From Octopus vulgaris (taxonomy: Eukaryota), in the NCBI GenBank assembly GCA_951406725.2, contig OX597818.1, forward strand, positions 90,892,001-90,956,000: a stretch of 64,000 nt of DNA, given 5' to 3'. Position numbers and translations under genes: made by a program. The notes below the pieces were generated by a model that searched no databases, had not been told where the DNA came from, and saw nothing but the letters and a program-made list of their open reading frames with translations. Numbering within the stretch: position 1 is the stretch's first letter; every line of letters begins with the position of its first letter. This document shows positions 41,528 through 56,531 of the stretch, in pieces.

Positions 41528-42085
41528 CTCTTTAGCATTTAGATTACTCAGACAAGTGCAATGCTTTATTTATAAGCAATGTTTTGAATTCATCATACAT
41601 TATAGGCGTAGGAGTGGCTGTATGGTAAGCAACTTGCTTACGAATCACATGGTTTCAGGTTCAGTTCCACTGCGTGGCACCTTGGGCAAGTGTCTTCTAC
41701 TATAACCTCGTGCTTGTGTGTGTGTGTGTGTGTGTGTGTGTCTGTGTTTGTCTCCCCAACATCGCTTGACAACCGATGCTGGTGTGTTTACATCCCCGTA
41801 ACTTAGCGGTTCGGCAAAAGAAATCGATAGAATAAGTACTAGGCTTACAAAGAATAAGTCCTGGGGTCGAATTGGTCGACTAAAGGCGGTGCCCCAGCAT
41901 GGCCGAAGTCAAATGACTGAATACAAGTAAAAGAGTAAGTGTAGGGCGCACCTTCCGGATTTCGATGATGTGGTCGCTTATATTTACAATGGCATTATAG
42001 TAGTGACAGGGCTGATCTGGCCATTTTTCAGCATAAAGCAGGCCGAATATTTGGATCAAATATGGCCGGATTAAATGCTTAATAG
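41528..42085. mobile_element. piggyBac-like MITE interrupted by a SINE
   Basis: Degenerate TIRs tcaactctttagcatttaga ... ttaaatgcttaatagttaa. Confidence 0.55.
41604..41938 (+). mobile_element. SINE family A with internal deletion
   Basis: Head and tail are intact; the segment before the microsatellite is missing. Confidence 0.88.
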
Positions 42086-42894
42086 TTAAATCTGACTCAC
42101 GCGATCAATGTTTTCCCTCCTCAACTCAATTGCTGACAATTATGTTTCAATTATATTTTTCGAGGACAACATAAAACTTCTGGAAACCCAGCATGGCTTA
42201 TATCATATTTTATGCGTTCATAAATGGTAATAACTGAGAATAAAAGTGGACTAGCATATAGTCTGAAAATTTGAATACTCCTAAACAAATATCTCTTTGT
42301 TACTATGTCGTTATATCTGGGGTCGGATAAAATGGGTGGAGTGCATTTAATGCATTTCGCTGTAGTTTAAACGGCCTATATTTTGGAAATCTTATACCCA
42401 GCTCTAATCTGAGAAAGCCTGACGCTAATACTCTCAAATTAGCTTTAATTTCTAAATCATACAATTATTGATGATCTCTCCTGTTCATTATACTGTCGTT
42501 CGTCAGCAAAAACTGTATCTCTAGGGCTAGATTTCCTATTTAGGACTGGAAATTAACCAATCGATACATAATCATTGTATTCAGATTGCTTTTGAATATA
42601 GGCATTAGCTACGTCTTATACAATCTTACCCGAGTTTCAGTGTCGCTTAGCATAGATATTAAACAAACAGAAAATTATCATTTTCACTAGTGACTACGAT
42701 AAACGTATTATCCAGAAGGAAGCCTGTTGATGTCGTGTAATTATTTCTCCCTGGAGTATTTGGTACTTATAAATAGTAATTAAGAAAACCGTAAAACGGT
42801 AACCAAATTTTTTTAAAGTCTCATAGGTTATAAAAACTAATGTACATTTATGTCAAGTTATGATTAATAATAGATGACATGGCAAGCATTGACA

Positions 42895-43365
42895 ATTTGG
42901 GTCGACTAAAAATACTCAATCTCTGCTTTCTCCAACGCTGCCGGCAGCGCCACATCATTTGTGTGATGTGGAAAATATTCCATCAGTATTGCACAAATGA
43001 TGTTGGCATCAATTTTAAAATCCACCCAAGACTTGACCCCCGTGCTATCCGTCTACTACAGAAATCGTCCTCAGGACACATACGCCACAAATACTCTACC
43101 TCAACCGGCCAGATCTATTTAACACCATACCAAAATACGTCAATACGGAACCTAATCCATTGAATTCAAAAGTTCAGTGGACAATTTTCTTCAAAAAATC
43201 CCGGACGAACCACCTACACCTGGCTATATGTCTCCAACCATAATTACCCTTTGCTAGAGTGGGCCATGTTGACCCATATATGACTAAAAGACTTCACCAA
43301 ATGGTGCTGTTAACTTAGACATGGCCTATACTGTCCGAAACCTGTCAAAGTTATCAAAGTTAAAA
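42895..43365 (+). mobile_element. 3' end of a CR1/L2-type LINE, decayed
   Basis: RLKILNLCFLQRCRQRHIICVMWKI resembles the RL..LNL.SL.RRR.RY.I...WKI C-terminus; short tandem tail tcaaagtta x2. Confidence 0.65.
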
Positions 43366-43732
43366 CATACATGTAAGTGAAACACGGTATGTAAATTAGT
43401 AGCCCCAGTTTAATGCAGCTACTGTAATTGTCGAGTATATAAAAAGACTGCCTACTCGTTTGTCCGGGATTGGTCAAATTGATGCAAACATCTTCGATAA
43501 GAAGCCAATAATATTCTGAACCTCCATTAAGGTTGTTCATGTTGCTCAATCTACAGAGAAATTAGCTGTATATATAAAACATATGTTGCCCATACACACA
43601 CTTATATGCGTATGTATACAGACTTAGAAATCCCTGTCAGCACTCTTTCAAAATGTAAGCCTTTCAGATTAATATAAAACGGTTTATATTGTAACTCGAC
43701 ATAAACACACACACAAACACACACACACGCAC

Positions 43733-43817
<85 letters not shown>

Positions 43818-43834
43818 CATATATATATATAATA

Positions 43835-44140
43835 ACAATAATAATATGAGGGAATATTATTCCAAACTTACAGGGGAAAATTCAATTTAGAAATACTCAA
43901 TCAAATTTCACAAAATATAATATAATATAATATATATATATATATATTAGAAAAAACCTACCTTTTATCAATTCAATAATATATAGCAAATATATACGTT
44001 TTATTTATTATTTTGCACATTACTTAATTATTGTTATATGTTATATCTTAAAATTAATCTTTCTATAGTATGTAATTTTTCTAAATGGTATAATTTAAAT
44101 TTTCATTATTCAATTGATAAAAGGTGTTTTTTCTAATTTA
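43835..44140. mobile_element. AT-rich fold-back remnant related to the 2530-3890 element
   Basis: Shares tccaaacttacaggg; inverted repeat accttttatcaatt / aattgataaaaggt. Confidence 0.55.
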
Positions 44141-45142
44141 TATATATATATATATATATATATTTCTGTGTGGGTGTTGGTGTGTGGGTGTGTATGTATT
44201 ATTTTGGGAAGGATACTCTGAAGTTATATGCTATCTCCTTTAAAGCACGCTCCGAGAATCGAATTTAATAAATTTCCAAATTCCACTAAGCTCGGATTCG
44301 ATTTTTAATTCGTTGTAATGAAGAAAATAAATAGTTCAGACTCATAAACAAAATACTTCCTCACGCATAGCGATATCTTCCAATATCTTCTCTCTAAATT
44401 TGCAGTCATAATATAATCCTTCAATTCGATATTTTCTTTCTTATGTTGCGTTATTTTGACTGATAGTGATTAGTTCCCATGAACTCTCTTTTTTTAGTAA
44501 TTTATGTTGCAGTCACGTTACTTTTATCTTATTGTTGATCGATCCGAATATCCTAGATAAAACGACCCATCAAAATAAATTCAATGAAACTATAGTAAAA
44601 CATACAGGCACTTATGTATATGTAAGTGTACACACACACACATACACACATGTATGTGTAAATGTACACGCATGCGCATATGTATGCGTAAGTGTACAGA
44701 CATACACAAACACACAGACTATCACTGTAGCGGGCAAACTTCCGCATGTGATGTACACCGCCGGTCACAATGTGTTCCATCGCATTCTAGAATTATTAAA
44801 GGCTTTGCCAGTACAACGTAGGGTTGCCATTTATATTTGACTGAACGCATCACCGGTCTGGGTATCGAAACCACAAGCTATCGATCATAAGTGTAAACCC
44901 GTAACCACCTGACCATACGCCTTCGCACACACTAACACACAAATTATTTCATCGGTTCGTTTTTTATTAACGTATCTTTCTGTATTTACTACTTAAATGA
45001 CATTGAAAATTCGATGTAATTCAAATATATTCTCATTTTATTAGCTACCACAATAATATATTGGTTAAGGCTGAAGCTATTATGGATATCCAGTCTTGCA
45101 ATAAACAATGTATTTATCTAACTAATATATATGAACATATAT

Positions 45143-45615
45143 AGGCGCAGACACGGGTATTTGCGGTTAAGAAGCTCGCTTTCCTACATCGAGGTTTTGG
45201 GTTCTGTGTCACCGCGCGGAAAATTGGGCAAGTATCTTCTACTACTGTCTCAGGCCAACCAATGCTTTATGACTGTATTTGATTGCCAGAAATTGTGGAA
45301 GCCCGTCGTCCATGTATATCTTCGTGTGTGTTTGTGTTTGTCTGTTTGTGAGTGAGTGTGTGTGGGTGTGTGTGTCTATGTGTGTGTTTGTGTTTGCGTT
45401 TTTCCCTCCTCCACCACCTGATAACCGGTCACGTTTTTTTACGTCCCTGTAACTTAACAGTTCGGCGAAAGACAGCAGATGTAAAATAAGTAGCATATGT
45501 AAAATTAGAAAGAAAGAGACAACTATTGGAGTTGATTTCTTCGACTAAAATCTTCAAGGCAGTGCCCTGTCATTATCGCAGCCCCATGACAAACAAGTAA
45601 AAGTTGAAAGATAAA
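45143..45615 (+). mobile_element. SINE family A, old diverged copy
   Basis: Colinear similarity with young copies, from aggcgcag head to aaacaagtaaaag tail. Confidence 0.75.
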
Positions 45616-46048
45616 AGATAGATAAATGATGAAGATTAGCAGCAATACAGAAATAAAGGGCAAAACGCTTAGTTTACTTATAACGCTTATTATACTTACG
45701 TTAGAAATATCGCCACCCTATGATTACATTGCAATACAAAAATGTATAATTATAGTTTTCTATAGTAGGAAGCTGTGCTATTTCGTGTTACGTGACAGTT
45801 ATTATAGCATTATAAAAGGTGATAGAAGGAAGAATCAGTCGAGATTCAAATGCTGTATATCGTACTATTTAAATACATCAATGTACGTTGAGGACAAATA
45901 TTGGTTTTTGTTTTTCATACCACGTGGTTCGATGAATAAGTGCCTATTTAGTATTACGATCAATTATAACCAATAATACTCTATGTTTAAAAATATGTTT
46001 GGTTTATTAGAATAAGAATGTATCTACCGTTTTTGCAGATCCTCCCAA

Positions 46049-46673
46049 AACGGGTAAGTTAACGTTTCAATGGAAGAAGTATATGTTGACAGTTACAAGA
46101 AAAATGTGCGAGAATGGAATTCCAGAAGACGGGTATTTTAGAAAGAAATGCTCATTGCAGCTGTTAGTATAGTGTCGGGTGAGGGTCAAAATATGTCGAA
46201 GCGAGGAGAAGAGTTTATACACGTGAGGCCACTGCAGTTAAAGTAGTAATAGCTAAGAGAAGACAAAGCGTGTGTCAAAAATTAAGTAGCATTTCTATAC
46301 GTTCAGTCTAGAATATACATGTGTGTGGTACCAGCACTACTGCAAATGTGGGAGCAATAACCCGTTGCAGGTTTGACTTGAGATATGTAGTGAAATAATG
46401 TTTTAAGGAAGGTTTCCGCCCAGGTCGACTTTGCCTTTCAACCATTCGGAGTCGATAAATTAAGTACTAGTTGAGTACTGGGGTAGATATATTCGACTTA
46501 ACCCAACCCCCGAAACTATTGGCCTTGTGCCAAAATTTGAAACCGATATTTCAAGGGAAGAGTGATAGGAGAATAATTTGTTGTTGGGCGTTGAAGTGGA
46601 AGGTCAGTTTTGTTGTGTTTGTTGCAGTTTTCGTTATATGAGAGTGTTCCATTGGAACGTTAACTTACCCGTT
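46049..46673. mobile_element. Tc1/mariner-type MITE with 27-bp TIRs, containing a SINE B fragment (46417-46548)
   Basis: aacgggtaagttaacgtttcaatggaa / ttccattggaacgttaacttacccgtt (1 mismatch). Confidence 0.7.
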
Positions 46674-47478
46674 ATATAAGTGTGTTTCGTTATATATGTG
46701 TGTTCACCAGGAAAGATCTTCGGTGGATCAAGATGCGAGATACAGACAATATAATTCTCAGGCGTGCTCCAGCATAGCCACAGCTCGTGAGCTGAAACTA
46801 GATGAAATCAATAGTCAAAATGCTGTTTTCGGAATCAACATAGCATGTCTGAATAAACGCAGTGCTTCAGAAAAACAAAAACAAAAAAGGCTATCTCGCT
46901 GTGGTGCATGCAAATTCATGTATAACTACTAGGATGAGAAAACATACGAAAACGCATACACGTACACACATACACACATATAGACATACTAATTCACACA
47001 CACATACACACAGACACACAGACACACAGGCACGTATATACTTGCAAATACATACAGGAGCAGATAGGAAATTTTCTATAATGTTGGAAAAATAAATACA
47101 TATTACCCAACACGATTTATATTTCTATGGAAATATATATGTATATTTAATCTAGTTATCGCATATTACTTAACGACTATAACCCTTAAGGGTAATTTGA
47201 AAACAAAATTCGTTTTCTAATATACATCTAGTATTTAAGCGTCAAACTCTTTATATACGATTCATCTAATATATAATTGTATACGCAGCGGTTAGAAGTG
47301 GGTGCTGTTAACTTGAATTAAGCCTTTCTTCGAAAACAGAGAAGAGTGAGGTAGAAGGTTATGATGAAGAGAATCTGAACTTCCTTTACGACACTTTGAA
47401 AACGTGTCTTAATACTTCAGAACAGGAGATTACTTCAAACTTCAGACTCCTCATATCCTCACAGCAGACGAAGTACCC

Positions 47479-47880
47479 TTTTACTCTTTTACTTGTTCCA
47501 GGCATTTGACTGCGGCCATGCTGGAGCACTGCCTTTAGTCGAGGAAATCGACCCCAGGACATAGTCTTTGTAAGCCTAGTAAGTATTCTATCGGTCTCTT
47601 TTGCCGAACCGCTAAGTTACGGGGACTTAAACACACCAGCATCGGTTGTCAAGCGATGTTAGGGGACAAACACAGACATACAAACACATACACACACATA
47701 TATATATACATATATACGACGGGTTTCTTTCAGTTTCCGTCTACCAAATTCACTCACAAGGCTTTGGTCGGCCCGAGGTTATAGTAGAAGACACTTGCCC
47801 AAGGTGCCACGCAGTGGGACTGAACCCGGAAACATGTAGTTTGTAAGCAAGCTACTTACCACACAGCCACTCCTGCGCCT
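47479..47880 (-). mobile_element. SINE family A, full length and young
   Basis: Close reverse-complement match to the 1917 and 53401 copies. Confidence 0.92.
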
Positions 47881-47961
47881 ATTAATTAATTTTTTCTTTT
47901 TTATATTTTTATATAATTTTTATATTCTTTATTTATTATTAATCATTTCTTTTTATATTTT

Positions 47962-48370
47962 TTTCAGTCATTAAACTGTATTTTATGTGTTTCAGTTATT
48001 TGTCCGCAGCCACGTTGGGGCGCTCCTAAAGGGTTAAGTCGAAGAAATCTACCCCAGTTATTATTTTTTATTGCTAATTTAAAATTGGCACTTATTCTAT
48101 CGTTCTCTTTGGGCTAACCGTAATGTTATGAGGATATAAACAAACCAACACCGGTCATGAAGCTGTGGTAGGGAACAAATGCACACACACACACAGACAC
48201 ATACACGCACACACACAAGACGATTTCAGTTTCCGTCTAGGAAATCCTCTAACAGCTCCTTGGTCGGCCCAGCGTTATAGTAGAAACACTTGCCAAAGGT
48301 GGCTCGTCATGCGACTGAAACAGAAACCATGCTGTTGAGAAGCAATCTTCTTAACCATATAGCCATGCCA
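47962..48370 (-). mobile_element. SINE family A, old copy
   Basis: Colinear diverged match. Confidence 0.75.
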
Positions 48371-49866
48371 ATGGCTATTTAAAGGCTTTTTTAAAATCTA
48401 CTCGGTTTAAACCCACTACAGTAATATCTGTGGGCGTCTAGCGCATTTCGCATGTTACCCCTTTGCAAGCCATTCGAACCAAAATTGATTAATACTCGCT
48501 AACGTTCATCATACATATATTGACTTACGAATGCTCAGACTGGGTTTCCGCCACATCAATCTCAAGAGTGTAACGGGAGATACAAAGGTCGATGGCCTCA
48601 CTCCCATCTAGTAACTTACAGAAATAAAAGTGTTTGAAGACACAGACAATCATTATTTTCTGGCGCTTTATATATTTTATTTGCTGTAATATGTTAGTAA
48701 ATAACATGAAAGATCAATTGTTGATGTAGATTTTATCAAGTAATATACGAACAATATTTCATAACTTTGTGTATAGGAATTATTTCATTCAATACAGCAA
48801 TATGTTAGAAACATTATTTAAAACAATTCTTCTGTCAATATCTAATTTTATGTCTGTGTGTATATATGTGTGTATACCATGCAGCTAAAACATGTGCATA
48901 CTCATAAATATATTTATAAATATAAACTCACACAGATATACATGTGCCGAGGCACACACACACACACACACACATACACACACACACACACACACACTCA
49001 CCTCATGTGCAAACAAATATACTTATATGTATATTTACTATTGGTATTTATGATGATTACACTGCAAGGTGGATTTTGGCTGCTAAGTAACTTTTGTAAA
49101 ATTTATTTGTCGCTACTGCAAAGAATTGTATTTAAAAACATTGCAAATATTGCAGCAAACCTTGGTTTCAATATCGTAAACAACCCTTAAGCTATTACAT
49201 TATTAAGAGATAAATCATTTCTCCTGTGTCTCTTGGAACACTTTGGTGTGAATACCAAGGGAGTTAACTACAATGTGAATAGAACACTGGTCACCATCAT
49301 TTTACCCCGGAGTTAGAATATATATATTCTCTAGTGGTTGTGTTCGGCTAACAACTTTAACAATTGTTCACATACATAATATATATATCCACATATAGAT
49401 ACGCCTGTTCAGACATATATAATAACCTATACATAAGCCCACAAAATTATGTAGTTATATGCAAATATGTATGCATATTTCTGTAGACACTTGTATGGAA
49501 ACATTGATGTATGTACATATATGTGCACAAATACATATATAAGTGCACGCCTGCACGCACACAAACTCACACACACACACACACACTCACACTCACACAT
49601 ATACACTCTCAAACACGCGCACATATAGAAACACACAAAAACACACATACACATACTCAGACAGACACACACACATACGCACACACAGACTGACACATAT
49701 ATAATTCTATACATACACTTTCAGATATGTGCTTACATATATAATACGAATATGTAATATAGAATATATACACATACATGCACACGCATATACAAATATA
49801 TAAATACACATATATGTACAGTATATATACTATGTATATGCATGTCTATCTATAAAGATATATCTG

Positions 49867-49948
<82 letters not shown>

Positions 49949-50214
49949 TATGCATTAAGCATAATGCGCAAATAGCTATTTTAATTTAATAATACATCTA
50001 TTGCATATAGTAAATTTTTATTCAGAGGGATGCATAATTGTAACACCAGTGATCTGTGGATTCTCCGGTCAATGTTTTCATATACATACATTGATAAATA
50101 CATACGGGTACACATATATACATACATACATGGATATATACAAACATACATAAATGCATGTATAAATAAATACGTACGTGCATATATACACATATACATA
50201 CATACACACACTTA

Positions 50215-50257
<43 letters not shown>

Positions 50258-50259
<2 letters not shown>

Positions 50260-50936
50260 TCACAATCAAGGAACGGCCATAATAGGCCATTCACCCACTA
50301 GTGGGTGAATGGCCTATTATGGCCGTTCCTTGATTGTGATGTTGAACTTATAAATGGTATATGACTATTTAATTTTTTCCCACTAGGCCGCTGGTGGCAA
50401 AAAAATTCTACAAAATTTTTTTGCCACCCTATATTGATTAATTATGAATCTTCTGGTTGATTCCGTAATGGAATCGGCGGCTTATATTTATTTGCTGCCG
50501 ATAAATTTGGCGCGAGTGCGATGATTTGAAAATTTTAGGTCAGATATTGCCGAGGCAGGGACGGAAATGCCTCGTGAAAATATCTGTTCCGTTCTGGCTA
50601 TTTCTTACTGAGGAATCTAAGGGCCTATGGAAGATTGGCTTGATTTAATTTAATCAGGTTAGTTTACCATTAAACAGTAGATGAAACGGTGCATCGTATA
50701 AGAAATTACAGGGTAAATGTTTTTTTAATTTTCTCCTGGTTTACGGAATTAATGTTATTTTGCGGTTAAAGCTTTGGCTGTTATTTCTAGTGGGTGAATG
50801 GCCTATTATGGCCGTTCCTTGATTGTGATGTTGAACTTATAAATGGTATATGACTATTTAATTTTTTCCCACTAGGCCGCTGGTGGCAAAAAAATTCTAC
50901 AAATTTTTTTTTTGCCACCCTATATTGATTAATTAT
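50258..50936. mobile_element. Young element with an 84-bp perfect palindrome and about 149-bp direct repeats (pseudo-LTR-like), between (TA)n tracts
   Basis: Palindrome 50258-50341 centred on ctag; direct repeats at 50298-50445 and 50787-50936. Confidence 0.85.
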
Positions 50937-53400
50937 ATATATATATATATATATGGATTGAACAAGAAACTAGACGGTGAGATATACCATCCAAACTGCA
51001 AGTGAAAGATTGACTATAAAGTAAAGCTATGTGTCTTGTATCACTTTCCGCTAAAGAAATATGGAATGACTCAACACCTTAACGATATCAGAATGAAAAA
51101 ACAAATCGCTCTCAAATACTGTAATTCCTTACTTCACCAAAAATTTCTTTCCGATGAATTTCTTGGCCAGTGAGAGAACACTCCACCTTTAATCCACTCA
51201 ATGTTGTCCATCAGCTGTCCTGATTCAATGTAGCCACTGCATAAATACCATTTCTTCCTAATACGAGGTACATCGAACTACATAGCGGACCAGAATCATA
51301 CACAAATTCATTAGCATACGGTAGCATCTGTTCAGCTTGAATCTAAAAGCATAATAATGATTTGGGCATAAAATCGTGCTTAGATGCTAACTTCTCAATC
51401 ATTTTGCCTTAGCTCATGGCACTACGGTGTATGTAAAATTTATTCTGAAGGGACCTTGTCTTCTTGCTCTTAATGCAAGACTTGGATTTCTGTATTTGAA
51501 ACTGCATTGTTGATATAAGCCAGAAAATCTCATTTAACACATGACAATATATCTGTAAGGAATAAAGGGAATATTAAGAGCTATATATAAAGATTGTGAA
51601 GGTTGAAATCTACACATTAAAAAAAGAACTTTATACAAGAGAGATATTACAGAAAGCAATGGCAAGTATCATACAATATACGAAAATAAGTGACACTAGA
51701 CACTGCACAGATATTATGCAGACTGCATTCACTACTATACAATAACAAAATATATTTTTAAAAAGCCCTGCTCGATACCAAGGCCTATTGTGCTATGAAA
51801 TCACATGGTAATAACTCAAGGCAACCTGAATACGGGTCAACGAAGAAGCCACGATGTAGTATCTGAACTTCCATCTAAATCTTCTAATTACAAAATGGAT
51901 ACATTAGATGATGCAGTTCAGTATACCTAACACACCCCCACCAAAAAAAAAAACAAAAACAAACAAAACAAATAAACAGATGGTCATGGTTTAAATGTCT
52001 TTGATTTCAGATTTTCTTCATCTGAATTACCCATGGTTTAACAAGAACTAGAAGTAGTGTTATTGAAAACAAATAAATAGTTAAAATAGTCTTCATATTT
52101 AAGAATAAATAACTATCAATGGCTTGGATCAGTAATTTTCAAGCAGTGAGTCCATACCACCTTATAGAGACTACATGATAAATATGAGACCTCTTAAGGT
52201 CACAAAACTTTCTGAAAGGACCACACACAAATATAACTCCTAGGCATACGGTCATGTTCATATAAATTTCTATGCTATAGCATTGTTTGGACTCATTTTA
52301 ACAACATAAATATTGAACATTTACAATAATCATATTATTGCTTTTCCCACTTCTTATCGTGTTGAATCTAGCTTTATTCGGCTAACTTAATACCAAAAGC
52401 TCACACTTATCTTGATAACGTAAATAAAGGTGAACGTTATCGCAAATAATGTTGCACACAAATATTAAATAACACAAGTGTTTGTATCAGCCACAAGGCT
52501 GACACTGAATAAAGTTCCAATCGCGAATTTTTTTTTTGTGTATTATATATATTTTGTTTCCAAGAAATAGTTTTTGTAAATAAGTAAACATTATTAAATT
52601 TAATGTTTGGTAGACCTTATAGCTCATTCTACTGCTGCACATTTATGCTTTCAAACTATTTAGTTTGCTAATGCACGACTTTATCTAGCTAGAAACAGTC
52701 ACTTTTGTGAGCTACTAATAAAACCGATTTTATATGATAGAGCTGTTATTAATACAAATAGTGAAATAGTTTTTGTAAGCAACAAGCAACACGAGGTGGT
52801 GGTGTTGAGGTAAGTTAGATTCAGGAGTTGGGCGCGAGAAATAAAAGAGGGAGACTATTGAGGTAGATATGCCAGGTATGTGATTTGATCTGTGACCATA
52901 TGTTGAAGCTTGCACGATTACGGCATAGAAGATACATATTAGTCATTCAAGAATACACAAATACTGTTCTCTTCACTTTCACATATATTATTTGTTGCCA
53001 AAATATTCATCGCACCGACTGTAACCTGGTCACTGACGTGGCTTGTTTTCATTTTGTTGATTGGCATATACAGATTCCAAGATTACAATTCTTCTTTCAT
53101 CCGTCGTTCTGGGTTTTGCTCATAGTTGGTCAGTTACCTTGGAATTTGTTTGCATTTCACTATCTTTTCCTCTTTATTTTCTTTTCATTTACTGTGGCAT
53201 CATTAAACATCTTCCTATTAAATTGAAGGACCATTCAATAAGCTTTAGTAGAATATACACTTAGCAATTTTCACAAGGAAAAAGGTTAATAGGGACTTTG
53301 GAATTTCGGTTTCCTAGTTCTTGACTCACTCATTGATGCCGGCTAGTAGGCCTAAATTTCGAGTCTGAAGCCTTTCCTTGAAATAAATATACACACTCAT

Positions 53401-53799
53401 AGGTGTAGGGATGGCTGTGTGGTAAGTAGCTTGCTTACCAACCAAATGGTTCCGGGTTCAGTCCCACTGCGTGGCACCTTGGACAAGTGTTTTGTACTAT
53501 AGCCTTGGGCCGACCAAAGCCTTGTGAGTGGATTTCGTAGAGGGAGACTGAATGAAGCCAATCGTCTATACGTATATATATGTATATGTTTGTGTGTCTG
53601 TGTTTGTCTCCCCACCATCGCTTGACAACCGATGTTGGTGTGTTTACGTCCCTGTAAATTAGTGGTTCGGCAAAAGCGACCGATAGAATAAGTACTAGGT
53701 TTACAAATAATAAGTCTGCGGTCGATTTGTTCGACTAATCGCGGTGCTCCAACATGGCCGCAGTCAAATGACTGAAACAAGTAGAAGAATTAAAGAGTA
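53401..53799 (+). mobile_element. SINE family A
   Basis: Full head, microsatellite and tail. Confidence 0.9.
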
Positions 53800-53940
53800 C
53801 ATGAATAACACACACACAGATATACATACATACACAGATACATACTAACAAGATCATACCGGCAAATTACAGGCACAATCCATTCGACGGGATGCTATAC
53901 AGTATAGGGACTTCTAATTGGAAACTGATAGAAGCTCGTC

Positions 53941-53980
<40 letters not shown>

Positions 53981-54026
53981 GTGTGTGTGTGTGTGTATGT
54001 GTGTGTGTGTATGTATATATGTGTAT

Positions 54027-54084
<58 letters not shown>

Positions 54085-55060
54085 AATTAAATAGAGAAAT
54101 ACAATTGGTAATCTAATAATTTATTTATATTATAATATAATATACTATAAATATAATATTACATAAAAATATAAAAACATACGAAAAAAGCCAACGATTT
54201 ATTTAGACTTATATACAATATTTGTTTTATAAACAATTCATTTCCATGTATACAAGTCTCTTCAGGATTTTGGTTTAAAAGACAGATGGAATTACATGTA
54301 AAAGATCTGCCAGATTGCAAAATACTGATTCAAAGTGACGAATTGTAGGAGTGTTAGCGTTATCTATTCAGACACATAACAAGTACCATAAGAGAACAAA
54401 ATTATAACGTTGAAAATAATTAATTAAAGGAAATCTACAACTGTCGAAATGTTTCTATATATCTCCGATGATATCACTTCAAATATATTTAACTCGAAAA
54501 CAATCACTGTCTATTTAATAATGTATAGTAATAACAGTATGTAGATATATGAAGTATCAGAATCCTACTTAGTTTAAGAGACGAAAATAAATCGTGTAAA
54601 TCAATATTTATTCTATAAAATACACTTATGCATATTCGAAAAAACATATTTCTAGTATATCAACTAACTATTTATTTATATGCAATACTCTTCAAATTCT
54701 ATAATTGTATAATTATAAAATATAACTCATTTATTTAAATTTACTGATATAAATATTATTCAAAATATCTGACAAAGAATGTTCCTTATTTACGTCTTTT
54801 ATCGAAGGGAGACCTCGGTAAATAGAATAAACATGGATCTACAATAATTATAACTTATATTATTTCTTAGATAAAGGGATAATAAACTATAAATATAAAT
54901 AAGAAATATCTAAATTTTACCAAGTCTTTTAGAAGTAACTAAATTAGAAGTTACTGGAATAAAGATTATTCAAAGTAAATAACAAATAATGGTCCTTATT
55001 TACGTCAACTGTCGAAGGGAGAATTCCATAAATGTAAATAAACAAAAACATAAATATTTA

Positions 55061-56503
55061 GATATTTGGTGTTGCTGACAACATCACAAAGTTTCTGATG
55101 CATAGCATGAAGGAGCGGAAGACTAAAGTGTACTCAAGTAGTGTATTCCTCGGAGAAGTTAATATTAATAGGGGAATCTTTCAAGGTGACTCGTTTTCTC
55201 TGTTACTTTTTGTAATTGCACTAATACCCATTACAATGACACATAGGAAAGTTAAGATGGGTTACCGATGTGTGAAGAAAGGCTCGTCATTGAACCATCT
55301 TCTGTTTATGGATGACTTGAAATTGTTTGGGAAATCTGAAAAACAAATAGATTCCTTAACCCAAACAATTGATTACCGCAATGAATATCTGGGCAGTTGA
55401 GGTGGTCAGATATAGTGCGTCAATCCTCAAATGTACTCAGGAGGTAATATCAACACTGGATAGAAGGACGAGAAAGTTGATGACGCTTCATGCAAACGTA
55501 AATAGACTGTATATGAAAAGAAAGAACGGTGGCAGAACAATAATTAGTATAGACGATTGTATAAGGAGTGAAAGGAGAATGCTTGCCGAGTATTCAAGTA
55601 TTTGATAAATAGTAATGAATACCTGCTGCAATATGCCGCGAAAGATATGGGTATAAATGCAGAGGAAATGAGGGGCAAGAAATAGTTGAAACAAAGAGTT
55701 GAGGAAAAGATAAATGAAGACCTTCTTGAAATGAGAATGCATGGACAGTTTAAAATGAATACACAAGACGTTAAGGATAATACAGCATCGTGGGCATGGC
55801 TTGAGCGAGGTGGTTTGAAGCGTACCACTGAAAGCCTGATCATTGCTGCACAAGACCAGGTTCTCACTACCAATTCAGTGAAGTATAACATCTATAAAAC
55901 TTCTGACACCCAGAACTGCGGACTCTGGAGAAAGAGTGTAGCAAATATGATTCACTTGGTAAGTGGATGTGAGACCCTTTCACAAAAAGAATACAAGCGC
56001 TGCCACGATAAAATGTGGGTGTATCTTCATTGACTCTTATGCCGTAAATACCAATATGAAGTAACAGAAAACTGGTATGAGCATGTACCAAGTAAAGTTA
56101 TGTAGGAGGGTAGAAAAGTAACGATACTCTGGGACCATGATTTTCAGATGGATCGTGTAATCGAACACCGTCGGCCGGGTATTGTCATATTGAATAAGAG
56201 AGGCAAATACAGTCATATCATTGATGTAACCATACCAAATGACATGAATGTTGTAAGTAAAGAGATTAAAAAAATCTCCAAGTACTCCGAATTGAAAGTG
56301 AAATGGCAAGACTATGGAATGCGAGAGGGTAAATGTAAAAGTGATATCAGTGGGGATCGGAGCGTTGGGCTCAATCCCACTGAAACATCAAGACTTTTTA
56401 AGGCAACTGGTAATCCCAAGCAAGACTGATGTCTTGCCTTATTGGGCACAGCGCAGATCTTACGGTAAATATCATCTGTCTGAGGTCTTTGTTGTGACTT
56501 GAT
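55061..56503 (+). mobile_element. R4/Dong-clade LINE fragment 1 (RT to REL endonuclease), pseudogenised
   Basis: GIFQGDSFSLLLF, NHLLFMDDLKLF, LDRRTRKL, MHGQF, AAQDQ, HLVSGC..KRCHD, RRPGIV..IIDVTIP..KISKY, ALLGTAQILR; contains stops and deletions. Confidence 0.9.
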
Positions 56504-56531
56504 AGATGACTAAAGCTGGGTATGTAATCAA

